DNA of 59,504 bases, the filler included, from Sphacelaria rigidula (lineage: Eukaryota): assembly GCA_964200075.2 (NCBI GenBank). It is 9 parts of 9 records of this genome, joined end to end, with 100 filler letters (N's around TTAATTAATTAA, not from the genome) between each part and the next. Parts side by side here need not be neighbours in the genome. Positions count along the whole stretch, not along the records: positions 46,361 to 52,882 come from CAXNAA020019567.1; positions 52,983 to 59,504 come from CAXNAA020019568.1; 7 more parts are not named here. The stretch is one strand, 5' to 3'. The position numbers and the translations under genes are program-made. Below the pieces are notes generated by a model. It did no database searches. It saw only the letters and a program-made list of their open reading frames with translations, and was not told where the DNA came from. This document shows, piece by piece, positions 47,926 through 59,504 of the stretch (the first letter of the stretch is position 1; each line of letters opens with the position of its first letter).

Positions 47926-50900
47926 GCTCGCCGCTTAACGTCTTGTGGAGGGACAATAGCACTACCCGGGCTCTGGGTTGGGAGCCCGCCCCATCTTTGG
48001 CTGTGCAGCAGCTACCATCATCAACACGCAACAGCAATAGCGATACTTCAGCGACGGTAACGCCCACGCTGAGTTCGTACTACAGCGTCAGCAATAACAG
48101 CAGAGACGCACGATGGCGCAGTAGCAGCAGTGGTAGCGTCGGCAGCGGATCTGGGGGATGGGGCGGCGGCGGCGGCGGCGGCGGCAACGGGGTCACCTCC
48201 CTCCCTCCTAGCACGGATCCTTTTTGGGCGCCAGTTGTCCCCGACGCCGAGCCTGCTGCCGCCGTAAGATTACATCAGCAGTCCAACAGCAGCGATTTGG
48301 ACTATGGTTTTCGGCAAGGCGGGAGGGAGAGAGGAAGAGATACTAGACACCTAGGGACAATCGACAGGCCGGCCTCGCGCGGACAAGAGTACCGTAGAGA
48401 GCGGAGGGGAAGTGGGCGAAGGGGGCGCGTGGGATCTTCGTCATCGTCATCGCTCGCCGGCAGCAGCAGGGTCAGTGACTCCAGGGTGCTAGCAGACCAA
48501 GGACAGGCATCGGCGGACGGTAATTTCAACGTCAACAGGAGGCGTTTCTTGGGGATCTTATGGCCGCCGGTGCTGACCCCCGGGAGCGGTGGCGAAGGGC
48601 GGGGTGGTGGGTCTGAGGATACGAAATGGGGTTGGGAGTGGTCAGGGAGCACCGGGGGGAGTACTGGTCGGATTGGCGGTGGGGGGCGTGTTGGTGATGC
48701 GATGAGCAATGGTGAGGACAAATCTACGTCTGTGATGGTCAAGGGTAAGAGTAGTAGTGGTGTCGGCGGTTTTGGAAAAAGGGGCGCATATCATGTCCAT
48801 GTGCGGTCGTCTTCGAAGGACGGCGATCCGATGCAGGCGGGAGGGGAATCGTTGCATAGTGACGATGGTGGACTGGGCAGTGGTCCTGATATCGGTTTTG
48901 GAGGGGGCATTGGGAGATTGCGGGTGACGATCGAGGGGTCTACCGAGCTCGGCAAGGGGCTGGGAGGTCACACGGCGTATCGCATTCAGGTGGGGTTATC
49001 CCATACAGCCTTGACGAACACTTTGAAGTAGCAAACCTCGCTGAATTCTTATGTGTGTGCGTGACCGTTTTTCATAAAAGGTGGGCTTTGAGAATAATAA
49101 AGAACTGAGTCGGCCATTTTGTATCGACTGTTCTAAGGGTGTCTCTTTGTTTTTCGAAAATGAGGTCCATTTGACTGAATTTTCAAAGTAGAGATCTGCC
49201 TATATAGCCCGGAAATAAACACCCAAAAAGACACCTACCGAAACCTTCAAACAGTCGATTTGTTCCCCCTCAAAATTCCACATAGTAACTTTCACATCTT
49301 GACCGTAAGTTACCAATGCAAGTTACGTACCTTCCCAACGTGCCTGAAAATCCTATACTTGTACATTATTGAGAATATTCGCCCTAATATTTTATTTCGG
49401 TCGTGACGTTTGAAATGGCGACAAGTTGGGCGTCGACACAGATATCGTGGTGCTCCCTCGCCCTTTTGACAGCAACATGCGCACCAATTTTACGGACAAT
49501 TAAACTAGGAGTCGATTCTTTAATGATTTTGGCTTTTGTACGAAATCGTCTTCCAACTGCCACCAGCAAGCCGGCATGTGGTGTGCCCCGCACAGTATGA
49601 AATGGTGGACGTGCCCGAATGGCCGATTACATCAGCGCGATTGGCGCACTGCAGGGTGATTATACCGTTACAAGGATCTTACCTTTTCGTATTGTCTTGC
49701 TACAATACTGGTGCTGCTGCTGGCTCCACGGACACTTGTCCATCTCTTCCGCTGGGACCACACCAGCCTGTACGCCGTTCCTGACGGTGGCTACATTTAC
49801 TACCCGAGATGTTCGGTGTGGTCACTCCCTGTGACGGGTGTCTTCGTTTGCGTGCCGCCTGCTACAGCTGTCCATTCTCCCTCCTCTCCCCTGGTTTAGC
49901 AGAACAACACAACCTTCAACACTTCCAGCCGCTCCTGTTCTATCGAGTGTTCTAAAAGGCAGCGGCAACAGCCTGCGTCGGTGCTGGAGTGGATCGTACG
50001 GATGCGGTTGTTTGCGAGATGCTTATCGAGCAGTGACTCCAAGCCATTGGAAATGACAGGATCCACTCCCGAAGCGTCCCGAAAATGCCTCGTGATTGTT
50101 TTTGTTAGACCCAGGCAGTGTAGAAAGTTTGAGAACGCCTCAAAGGGATACGGTGCACCATGATGTGAGGTGCAATAAGCATGCAAGCAGACCTGTATAC
50201 ATATACTTCGGCTTGCATATCACCCACGCCCATATATGCGACAGGTTACTGACAGAGCAATAGGAGAGCAGTGGATAGTGCTGCGGCGGTTTCGGCAGTT
50301 TGAAGCTCTACACCGAAGCTTGCTGCCGGTGCTCAGCAAACAACAGGACCCGAGTGCTTACCTGCTGCCGCCGAAGGAGGTATGATGTGGTATTGCAGAC
50401 TGGTTACGTGCTGTATGTTTCGGATTTCATACTTGATTCCTCGCTTTTGGGGAGGCATTTGGATTCCCCGTTCGTTGACCACGTGAGTGAACCGACTCTG
50501 TGATACGGGTGGGTCGGAACAGTCATGGCTCGATTGGTTATCTGCGTGGTTCTTAATGGCGGGTCGCGTTGGTACCTATATTTCGAGCTGTAGACCACGA
50601 CGGCCTGCGCGTCAGTTGTCTACAACCCTAGTCTACGGTATCCCTGCTCACGCGCTAGGCCAACGCCCCAAACCCAGATAAATCGACCACAGTCGAGACT
50701 AACTTCCTGTCTTTGAATTTCGTGGGCAGTGGGCGGCTCTCACATGACGAGTAAGTGCAGAGATTGAAATGTATACCGGCCGCGGGGAGGGTGTCCTGAG
50801 TGCTTTCATGTATGAATCCTGTACCTGAACAACGCGGTCCAACTCAATCCATCAACAGCACTGAACAGAGTATCGAAATAAGTCCAGTCGTGGGATGGAC

Positions 50901-51499
50901 GGTGATCGCACGCCCGACTACCGCCGGCCTTGGGATGGGGGGGTCCAGTGTTGGGTTGACGAATGTTCCTTGGAATTGACCAACAGTACTACTTGGAGTA
51001 TATATTATACCAACAAAAGAACGAACAAAACAAAGGTGTGTGCGATGAGCAGGCAGGCAGGCAAGCAGGCACGTAGGTGGGCACGTGGGTAGTTTGGTGT
51101 CTAGCGTAAGCATGGATCTTGGTCGAGCGTTGACCGATTTCTTCTTCTTTTTCCGTCTCTTTAACGCATTCGGTGTCCCCTCTTACCACCTCAGTCGTCG
51201 TTTACCTCGACAAGGCACCCGATTTTTTGTACTCCGTACGAGGAAACCCGGAAGTGTTTCTATGTCTTTCGATTGATGCAGTTGTTGATCACATCCTAGA
51301 GGGTCACCCTCCCTCCCTCCCCCCCTCCTCCCCCCCTCCTCCCGCTGACGTTTGTGGTGGTTACGCTCGCTGTCGTTACGGATATTATGTTTCTTTCCTG
51401 CGTGCATTCGTTTCAGGTTTTCGGCGGAAGAAATGGAGGAGTGATCGCGAAGCGAGTGAAACTGCTCAAGGTGTACCTCAATCGACTCACTGCTTGCAG
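47926..51499 (+). CDS. PX (phox homology) domain protein, sorting-nexin-like, partial; exons 47926-48989, 50245-50379, 51417-51499
   Basis: A long Gly/Ser-rich exon is followed by spliced LRVTIEGSTELGKGLGGHTAYRIQ|VTDRAIGEQWIVLRRFRQFEALHRSL…YLLPPKE|VFGGRNGGVIAKRVKLLKVYLNRL. This has the PX motifs Y.I.V, W.V.RRF..F..LH..L, LPPK and R...L..YL..L. All junctions are GT-AG and in phase. Confidence 0.9.
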
Positions 51500-53071
51500 G
51501 TGATGAGCGACTTGATCACGATTTCGCTTCGGCCCGTGGGTTTCCTTTGTGGTTCGAGACTCGTGCCCCTGTTTTCACTGAAGGGTACAGTATACTACTA
51601 TTAGGCGGCCTTACAAAATATTTACACTCCAAGGGTGTGTGTTCTGTAAGGTGTACTGACTGAAATTCGGGTATTTACAGAAGAATGCAAGAGATATTTT
51701 ATATCCCAAGTACCCTCCCAAGCCATACCGGATTGTAAGCAACAAGATTCGATACCCTGCCGGACCACACCGTAATTGTTCGGTACACGTTTCCTTATGT
51801 TTTCATTTTCAACCAAAAATCTCCCACTTCCGGGGGTACCCTATCGGAACAATCTCAACACAACCTTGAGTATATTCGGCATGCTTGCACATGCAGGATA
51901 TTGTGCACCCAGTCGAGTGGAAACTTCAACACCGAGGCTCCTGCCGTTACATCAACCACACCCTGGACAACAGATCACATAGTCAGAAAGTGTACTACGT
52001 ACAGTATCGACTATTGCGTCTAGTGTAATAGACAATATATTCCATATTTGTACGCGGTGCATGTTCTTGACAAAATAATCAACTATCCTGGGTGTGGCAT
52101 TAGCCTTTTTGAACAAGATAGATTTTGGACTATTCACAGTACGAGCAGCCGTATTCGAGAACCAACACAACGTGTGGTGTATCTGCACTAATGGCATGCA
52201 GATGGGCTGCTCCGCGCAGTCAAACGGATGCACTAAGTCGAACGTGTTGGTTATTGCAAACCAAACGAAAAAAAAGAGAAGAGGTGGATTTTTCTTTTTC
52301 TTTTTACATAGAATTTTCAAATCTGATACACTTGTTCAAAATTCAACCTCGAAGAGCTACTGTGCTTTTTCCCCCCCCACGAATCCTTGAACGAATCTAC
52401 CCGTACCCTCGAGGTGTACCCTTGCAGTTATGGGTGGGAATGGAGGGCCTCACGACCAAAATCAGCGGCAGAAAAAAAAAATCTAAAACGCGGAGGAGTA
52501 GTGAATACGTCAGTAGGTGGTCGCACCTGTGCCGAGGCCCTCTCGCACAGAAGGCACGCTTCACCACTCATTAACCTGGTTTACTATGGGACAGCTGTAG
52601 CACCGGAGATGGCGCGGTTCTCAACACAGGAAGCGAGCAAGCCAGCCCACGGCACTTCACAGCCCCCCGCATACGCACAAGATCTTGGGAATTGGGTTTC
52701 ACATTTTCCTGTCAAGCCTGGTCCGGCGAAAACCCGGCGCGCTCCGTCCCGGCATTGTAGGGATGCGAGGTCAATGGTCTGATGACTATGGCATGCATGA
52801 TCATGAGTACACCCCAGATGCGTCGCACCGCCTCCCCCAACGCCGCCCCGCACCCTCCGCCCACCCCCCCCCCCCCCTTCTCNNNNNNNNNNNNNNNNNN
52901 NNNNNNNNNNNNNNNNNNNNNNNNNNTTAATTAATTAANNNNNNNNNNNNNNNNNNNNNNNNNNNNNNNNNNNNNNNNNNNNGATGCGTGGTCAATGGTC
53001 AAACGACTAAGGCAAGCAACAAATGAGTACGCCCCCCCTGCTCCCGCACCCCCGTCCCGAAAAAAAAGCAG

Positions 53072-56000
53072 ATGGCGGATCGCTTCGTGGAGGACTTTTT
53101 CCGCACTTCGTCCCGGCCGCTTCCACCATTTGGAAATCCTCCATCCGTCCCCGACAGCCCTACTCCGGCGGTGAAGGTGGAAGAGGCGGACAATACGCTG
53201 CATTGGTGGTCGATGAAAGCGCGAGAAACGGACGCCGAGGAGCACCGACTTCAGCTGGAGGGAAGAAGGTTGGCGGTCAAATTCCATTGGTTTGGATGTT
53301 TTTTTTTCTGCTCGTTTTATTTTTTTTATTCTGTAGCGTTATTCCTGGTCAGAGGGCGGCACCCTGGATGACGAGAGATGGCGCTAGACAAGACACGGAG
53401 GGAATTTGGTCAGTTCCGTTTGTTGGTTCTCTCGTGCGCAGTGTTTTGGGAACACGGGTAATTCAGGACTTAGGGTCGCGTGCGCACGCATGCACGTAGA
53501 CGTGGTGGCAAGCAGCGCGCCTTACATGGGCAATCTCAACAGCACCTTGGTGTAGATGATGATGACTCACAGACATGGCCGCCGCCGTCGCCGGTGCTCC
53601 CACCGTCAGCCTCTCAAATTGCTGTTGGTTATCCCTAAATCATGTTTGATGCTTCATTTTTCTTCCTTGTCAGTGCTTGCTTGCTTGCTCGCTGATATGT
53701 CCGTTGATTGTATCGCTGATTTTGTTCTTATTGTCGTTGTTGTTGTTGTTTTGCTGTTGTTGTTGTTGTTGTTGTTGTTGTCTGTTTTTTGTGCCCTGCC
53801 TGTCTCTTTTGTCGTATTTTTTCTTTGGCTTGATGTTATTGTTATCGGAGGAGCAGGGTGATGGCCGCGGTGGCCAAGTTGCACGAGAAGCCGTCTCAAC
53901 CGCGTCGATATCCGTCCAAGATAGACATGACGAAGGTGTCGGGGAAAGTCACCATCAGCATCGATGTCACAGAGCTTGGACCGATTCAACTTGAGGTGGG
54001 ACGTGTGGTGGATAGAGAAGACACAGGGGCATTCCGCGAAGGGAAAAAAAGGTCACTTGCCCGGTCTTTTTCTCATTCGTCGAGTCTTCTACAGCAAGTG
54101 TGTCCGTCTACTTACCCTTGTTACGTCTAAAATGCGACTGCGGCCGGATTCGTTACGCGTCACTCGATGCGCGACTGTATATCACCATTGATTCGTCGGT
54201 CGGTTAACGTCTGTCAACAATCAGAGTTGTCCCGTGATATTTCATGGGTTTTGTATCACTAAAGCTGAGTCTGTTCGAACACTACTCGTTGCAGTAGCGG
54301 TAGCGGAAGCATTGCCTTAGGGGTTTATGGTGGATGTCCTGAAACATGAAAAGAAAAGAAAGAAGATAAAACGTGCTTCGCAAATACATAGTCCGATCAT
54401 AAGCACGCTTGACCTGAGTAAAATTTCAGTCGCCCCAAATTCGATCAAACGCAATGCGTGTGATTGTGTGTTTGTGAATGTGTATGTAATGCTATGCTCT
54501 AGCGAGGACTCGAGCGTCCCGGTCGCTTTGGCAGCTCTTGCACGGGGGAAACATGTCTGTCCTGTTTTAGTTTTTGTGTATGCCTGTGCTTGCTTTGATG
54601 ATGCACGCCACTGCTCCAACTCTATGAGACCCACAGGGTTGAGATATAGCTTGTACATGCACGACCTGTGACAACGGGTGGATTGGTAGCAAGCTATTTT
54701 AATGGGGAGACGATCCATCATATCGTCATCCATTCGTTGATATATTGTCACTACTCTTCTCCCCTTCTCCGAGAACTAATGGGTTGAGTTTGTGTATCGT
54801 ACAGAACGGCCTCGCTATCGTTGTTTTCCGTAAGAATCTAGTCCTAGGTACCCCGGACAGGCGACTCATTTTCTTCTTTGCCGTCGACCCCTCCATGAGT
54901 ACGCCCCCCCCCATGTACCCGTAGAATGAGGTGTTACTGTCCGCACGTAGTGTACCACCTCCCATCTGAGTAACACACCCGGGTGATACGTTCTCCACGG
55001 TTATCAAAGACCATTCTTACCAACAGGATTGTCTCATGGTACGTCGTATTACCTCTCCCCCGCGGCGCCCCCAGACACCCATGAGGCAGTGTGAAACCCG
55101 TGGCTGTCTCTGGAAGTGGCGATGCCAAAAACGGAAGCAACGCGTTCGAGGCTGTCATCCATATGCAAGATAATCAGTGTGCTTCGGGCCGAACAATCTT
55201 AGCAGGATGCGGCTCGCCCTTCATGACACTCGCCGAACACATCACGGCCCGTGGTGATTGCTAGCACGGTCCGGCGAGAAACCCGGCGTGCTTCGTACCG
55301 GCTTTGTGAGGATGCGAGGTCAAATGGCCACATGACTACGGCACGCAAGATCATGAGTATTCCCCCCCCCCCCCCCCCCCCCCCCCCCGCCCCCCCGGCC
55401 CCCCCCCCCCCCCCCCACCCCCCCATCCCTCCCCAGCTGCCCATCTCAAGCATCATCCCTCCNNNNNNNNNNTTCTGTCCCGCCTTGGGAGGAAGCGAGG
55501 TAAAAACCCCACCATACCACGGCCACCAAAATCAAGAGTTTTCCCCCCCCCCCCCCCCGCGCGCACTTGTGGCGGGACCCCCACCGTGGCGTAAAATAAT
55601 TCGTATTTTCGACGGTCGATACTCCAGGTACCGTGCGGCCCCTAGTACGGCGCATACCCTCATCGGGATCCAGGGTATGTAGGGTGTGGTATCCTACACT
55701 GACCACCGACCACCTTTACGATCGAATGGATCACTTTTTCAGGTGAAGTCTCTGGTTTCCGGGGCGACGTGGACGCCCGCATACGATCTCCGCGTGGACA
55801 CCCAGACGGACTCTATTTCGTGCACATACTACGCCAATGTTCACCAGAATACCACGGAGGATTGGGAAGGTAAAACACGGGAGACAATTCTTTTGTGGTT
55901 GTCTTGACAAGCGACTGTACTATCATGACCTAACAACATTGTTTGCTGTATTGAGTAGTCACATCGGTGTTTCATCCATGAATCATCGGGGTGGCCTGTT

Positions 56001-59000
56001 GTTTGGGGGGGTTGTTCCCCTGTATTAGCATGTACATATATATATATATATATATTTGAGCAAAACCATAAAGTATGTGAACCACTTCAAATGACTTACG
56101 AAGAGGGGCGTTTGTCATTTGTACACGTTCGAAACGACCGCGTCGGAGACTTGAATGCATGAGTAGACGAGTAATTTCAGTGTTCCTTGCGTACCTTGTG
56201 TTTCACGCTAAAGTTGTTGGTTGGTTGTGTGATGGCAGCGTTTTGTTCATGTTGTTTTGGCCAAAATCTGGGCGACTTGTCAAAAGTTTTGGATTAGTGG
56301 TCAAGTCTAGGCTATTTTTTCTCTTTTTTTTTCCCCCCTTTTTTTTCTTGTTTCGCTATCATTTTTGCGAGTTTCTCGCACGTTTGAAATCGCCTCGATT
56401 GCTCCTCTTAGTGCAGGATAATTGGTGGCAAGTACGGAAGAAGTAGGGAATGGAAGCAGGATCCCGAGCCACCGGTGACTCGTGGGGGAGGAGAACCCAA
56501 TGAGAAGTCGCGGTATCGTGGGTTGTAGGTGTGGTTGGTATGGGCATCGTCACAAGAAGAGCCTAGTCTTCCGTTCTCGCAGATCCGAAGCGATTCAACG
56601 AATAGCGAGGTTCAGGTTCCGTTGGGTAAGAGACAAGTTTTCACACGTCGGAGAACTAAACTCACCTTGAGTGGGGTTTGTTCATTTTCGTTTGACTCAG
56701 CGCTGAGTCATACGATAAAGCTCAGCGGCACCTATCTCTACTGACGGAGTTGTACATGATACCTCAGCGGTACCTTTTTCCACGACATGAGTCAGACGGT
56801 ATGACTCAGCGGTACCTCTTTTCACTGCATGAGATATACGGTACGACGCAGAGGTACCCTTTCCCCCTAAATGAGTCAGACGGTGTAACTCAGCGGCACC
56901 TATTTCCATTGCATGAGTCATACGGTATAACTCAGCGGTACCTATTTCCACCGCATGAGTTATAAGGTATACCTCAGCGGTGCGTATTTCCACTGCATGA
57001 GTTATATAGTAGACTTCAACGGTAGTTTCTTTCACTTGTTCAGTTATACGGTATAAGTCAGCGTTACCTGTTCCACTGGCTGAGTTACACCGTATGACTC
57101 AGCGGTACCTATGTCTACTGGATAAGTTATACAGTATAACTCAGCGGTACCAACTTCCATCGACCGAGTTATACGGTATGACTCAGCAGTACCTATTCCC
57201 TCTGGATGAGTTACAGTCAGTACACCACACAACTGAATGAACTCATGGATTGTCCGACGTGTGCAAGGTTTCGACCGTCCACGCTGTAACTTGGGGTTGT
57301 GGTCAACAAGAGGAAGTGAGCAGAGTGGCGGGGAGGCGAGACAGCGAACCTTGCCTCCTCGTAATTGACCGCTTAACGTCAGGTACCACCGTCGAAAGGA
57401 GATCAGAGGCGCGTCGTGGGTGTCATAACACATATCATGCGGGGCAAGGGGTTTGCACCTACGTACATCCAGTAGAACGAATCGGGGGTGGGAGGGGTAC
57501 CTGGCGACAAGAATGTGTTCGACTTTTCCCAAACAAGGAAGGGTAAAAGTGAACCCGGAACAGTTATCGGTCTTTAATTCAATATTCTCGGCAAGGCAGT
57601 AGTACAGAAGAGAGGAAACACGGACAATGCCAAGTGTTCCTCGTAGGAGAAGGGGCAGGTACGAGGGTGGTGAAATGAACCAGGTTTCAAGTCGCAGTAG
57701 CGCGTAATGCGAGTACAGTGGAGATTCCACATTAATGTCCCCAGAGATGAGGTCGGGTCCTGCAGTAGGGACGATGATGTAAGTATCCCTTGTCAATGAA
57801 CAGCCTTGGCCTTCTTTTTTAATCGGGTCCCAGAACGGCCTGACAAATTTCTAGGATTTCGAGACGCGGGTAGGTGAACGTACGCAATAAAAAAAATGAC
57901 AGGCCCGTGACACTTTCTACGATAGCACCCCCCCAAAACCAGCCCAAAAGTGTCACGAAACAAATGGCCATACAGGGCCTGATGTTTGGGTTCAGGCTGC
58001 ATGAAGTCCCTCATATTGACGACATTGGCTGGAACGAACCCAAGCGTGGGAATGCCCAGCTGCTCGTTATTCTCGGCTTTTCCCATTCCGATTTACGTGA
58101 AAATTTCGCTTCCCAAAACCATGCACTTTTGGGGGGGGGTTATCGTAGAAAGTGTCCCGTCCTGTCCTGTGCTCCTGCGAAGAAAAAAAAAGCGCGAACA
58201 CGTGGGTATCTCCTGTCTGCTCATGGGGATAATAAGGGATATTGTTTGCTTGAGGGGAGTGTTTTCCCGCGTATTATTGAGCTTGGATTCAGCGATCCCC
58301 AACCCGGATCTATCTCACCACGTAAACAAACGCTGCCCTCCGAAACAAGTACATACATAACGCCAGCGTGTCTTGCGTGCTGTGCTGTTGCACATGGGGA
58401 TCGATCGGTGTCCAGCTTGACACTTGTTGAGGCGCCAACGCTCGAGACGCTGTTATGGTGACTGACTGCCTATCCCGACCACCGAAGGACGTTGAAATAC
58501 TCACCCTGTAGTGTACATACGTTGAGCGCTCGCAAATCCCGAAAGAATGAAAGGCTTCGTATCACGGGATCAGCCCATCGTGCTCTTCGTGTGGTACTTG
58601 GCCGTATTTTTGCTCTTTGTTCTTTAGTGGAGCCCTGTATCAGTTTGCACTCTCGCGGTCCATTCAAACTCCTCAGACAAAAAACACACGCTCTTCTGCC
58701 CCCTCCCGCCGATCCGGCCACCTTCATGTATCAGTCGGCTGTACCGGTACTCTTGGGGAGTGCTATATTCCGTAGTCATGAATACCCTGGGGGTGATATC
58801 CTACCTGATCGAAAAATCCAGGAGGGGGTGTTATTTATAGTCTGAAATTACCATCAGTAGGCATGGTGTGCAGTTACGGATTCGGGGGTTGGTACTCTCG
58901 AGGAAATGCTATATCTTTAGCGTCCCCTACCATGCCGACAAGAAGTATCCGTGTATGTTCCTGCGTGTCCCTTCCCCCCCAGGTGTTTCTCTGAGCCTGT

Positions 59001-59092
59001 CTACGGCACAGCCGACCACCCGCGCAACGCCGCCGCAATTGGGACCCAAGACGGTATCTCTCAGGGCTAAGGAGGCGCTTTCTCGTCCTTCG
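53072..59092 (+). CDS. DUF4139/DUF4140 (MuiA / F37C4.5-like) family protein, partial; exons 53072-53268, 53857-53995, 55743-55869, 58983-59092
   Basis: In-phase splicing gives …VTISIDVTELGPIQLE|VKSLVSGATWTPAYDLRVDTQTDSISCTYYANVHQNTTEDWE|GVSLSLSTAQP…PPQL. A.W.P.YDLR and V.Q.T.EDW..V.L.LSTA.P are DUF4139 signature motifs. Confidence 0.87.
53733..53780 (+). repeat. (GTT)n microsatellite, imperfect
   Basis: About 15 TTG/GTT units in an intron. Confidence 0.9.
56692..57220. repeat. 42-bp tandem array with a 21-bp palindrome in each unit (TGAGTTATACGGTATAACTCA-GCGGTACCTATTTCCACTGCA), about 12 copies
   Basis: Directly visible units. TGAGTTATAC and GTATAACTCA are reverse complements. Confidence 0.93.
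57898..58165. mobile_element. MITE-like element with TIRs of about 40 bp
   Basis: ACAGG…GACACTTTCTACGATAGCACCCCCCCAAAA pairs with TTTTGGGGGGGGTTATCGTAGAAAGTGTCCCGTCCTGT. Confidence 0.75.
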
Positions 59093-59504
59093 GTAAGGGG
59101 AGTAGCGACCACCCCGCGTCGCGTCATCATGCTGTGCTGTTCCATGCTACCTGGTATAGCTGTGCTCTACTGTGTTGTGTTGTGTCATGCCTTTGAGCTG
59201 ATGTGTGTTGTGTGTTAACACTCTGAACCCTCCCCGTTCCTCGAGACGAGTCCGTGGTCTCAAGGGGCTAACCCATCTCTCCCCGGTTGTATGTGTATAT
59301 GTATATTGTGTTGCGTTATTTTCACTCAAGAATTTCCGTTAGCTCGTCCAGTTTTGTATTTTACTGCCACGGATGGCGGTGTATATCATCGATATGTAGG
59401 ATACCCCCCCCCCCCCCCCCCCCCCACAAACCTACGCGGGGCGGCTCTTCTGCCCTTCTCGTGCCTCCGGCCCGGCATGTAGCGGATTCGGCACCTCAAC
59501 ACAT

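Noticed and set aside
52775..52815. Hammerhead ribozyme (CTGATGA core) in the poly-C repeat
   Set aside because: There is no stem II followed by GAAA, and CTGATGA is not conserved in the other copies.
56692..57220. CRISPR array
   Set aside because: The 'spacers' are only ~13 bp and homologous to each other, there are no cas genes, and the context is a eukaryotic intron.
57044..57796. 250-aa minus-strand ORF as a real gene
   Set aside because: It has no recognisable domain, its C-terminus is simply the 42-bp array, and it lies antisense in a DUF4139 intron.
9686..59092. Biosynthetic gene cluster (KS + RND exporter + DUF4139)
   Set aside because: The genes lie on different, unlinked contigs.

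Overview
This window is not one locus. It is nine unrelated short contigs (6523 or 6522 bp each: 1-6523, 6624-13146, 13247-19769, 19870-26392, 26493-33015, 33116-39638, 39739-46260, 46361-52882, 52983-59504) joined by identical 100-bp linkers (44 N + TTAATTAATTAA + 44 N). The DNA is eukaryotic, intron-rich and repeat-rich. The beta-tubulin sequence (C-terminus ...[17 protein letters not shown]) and gene architecture point to a brown alga (Phaeophyceae). I spliced partial genes by hand with phase-consistent junctions: a Dispatched/Patched-type RND membrane protein, beta-tubulin, an unknown protein, a beta-ketoacyl synthase (KS) domain protein of bacterial PKS/FAS type, the PRP22/DHX8 DEAH helicase, a PX-domain protein and a DUF4139/MuiA-family protein. 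There is also a degenerate intron-containing hAT transposase, a compact unknown multi-exon locus (contig 1) and a decayed intronless ORF. The repeat landscape includes tRNA-derived SINEs, TGT...ACA MITEs carrying telomere-like repeats, fold-back MITEs, a poly-C-tailed modular repeat found at many contig ends, and three minisatellites, one with a hairpin in every unit. No CRISPR array, rRNA or intact tRNA is supported. Family assignments come from motif recognition, not from database searches.
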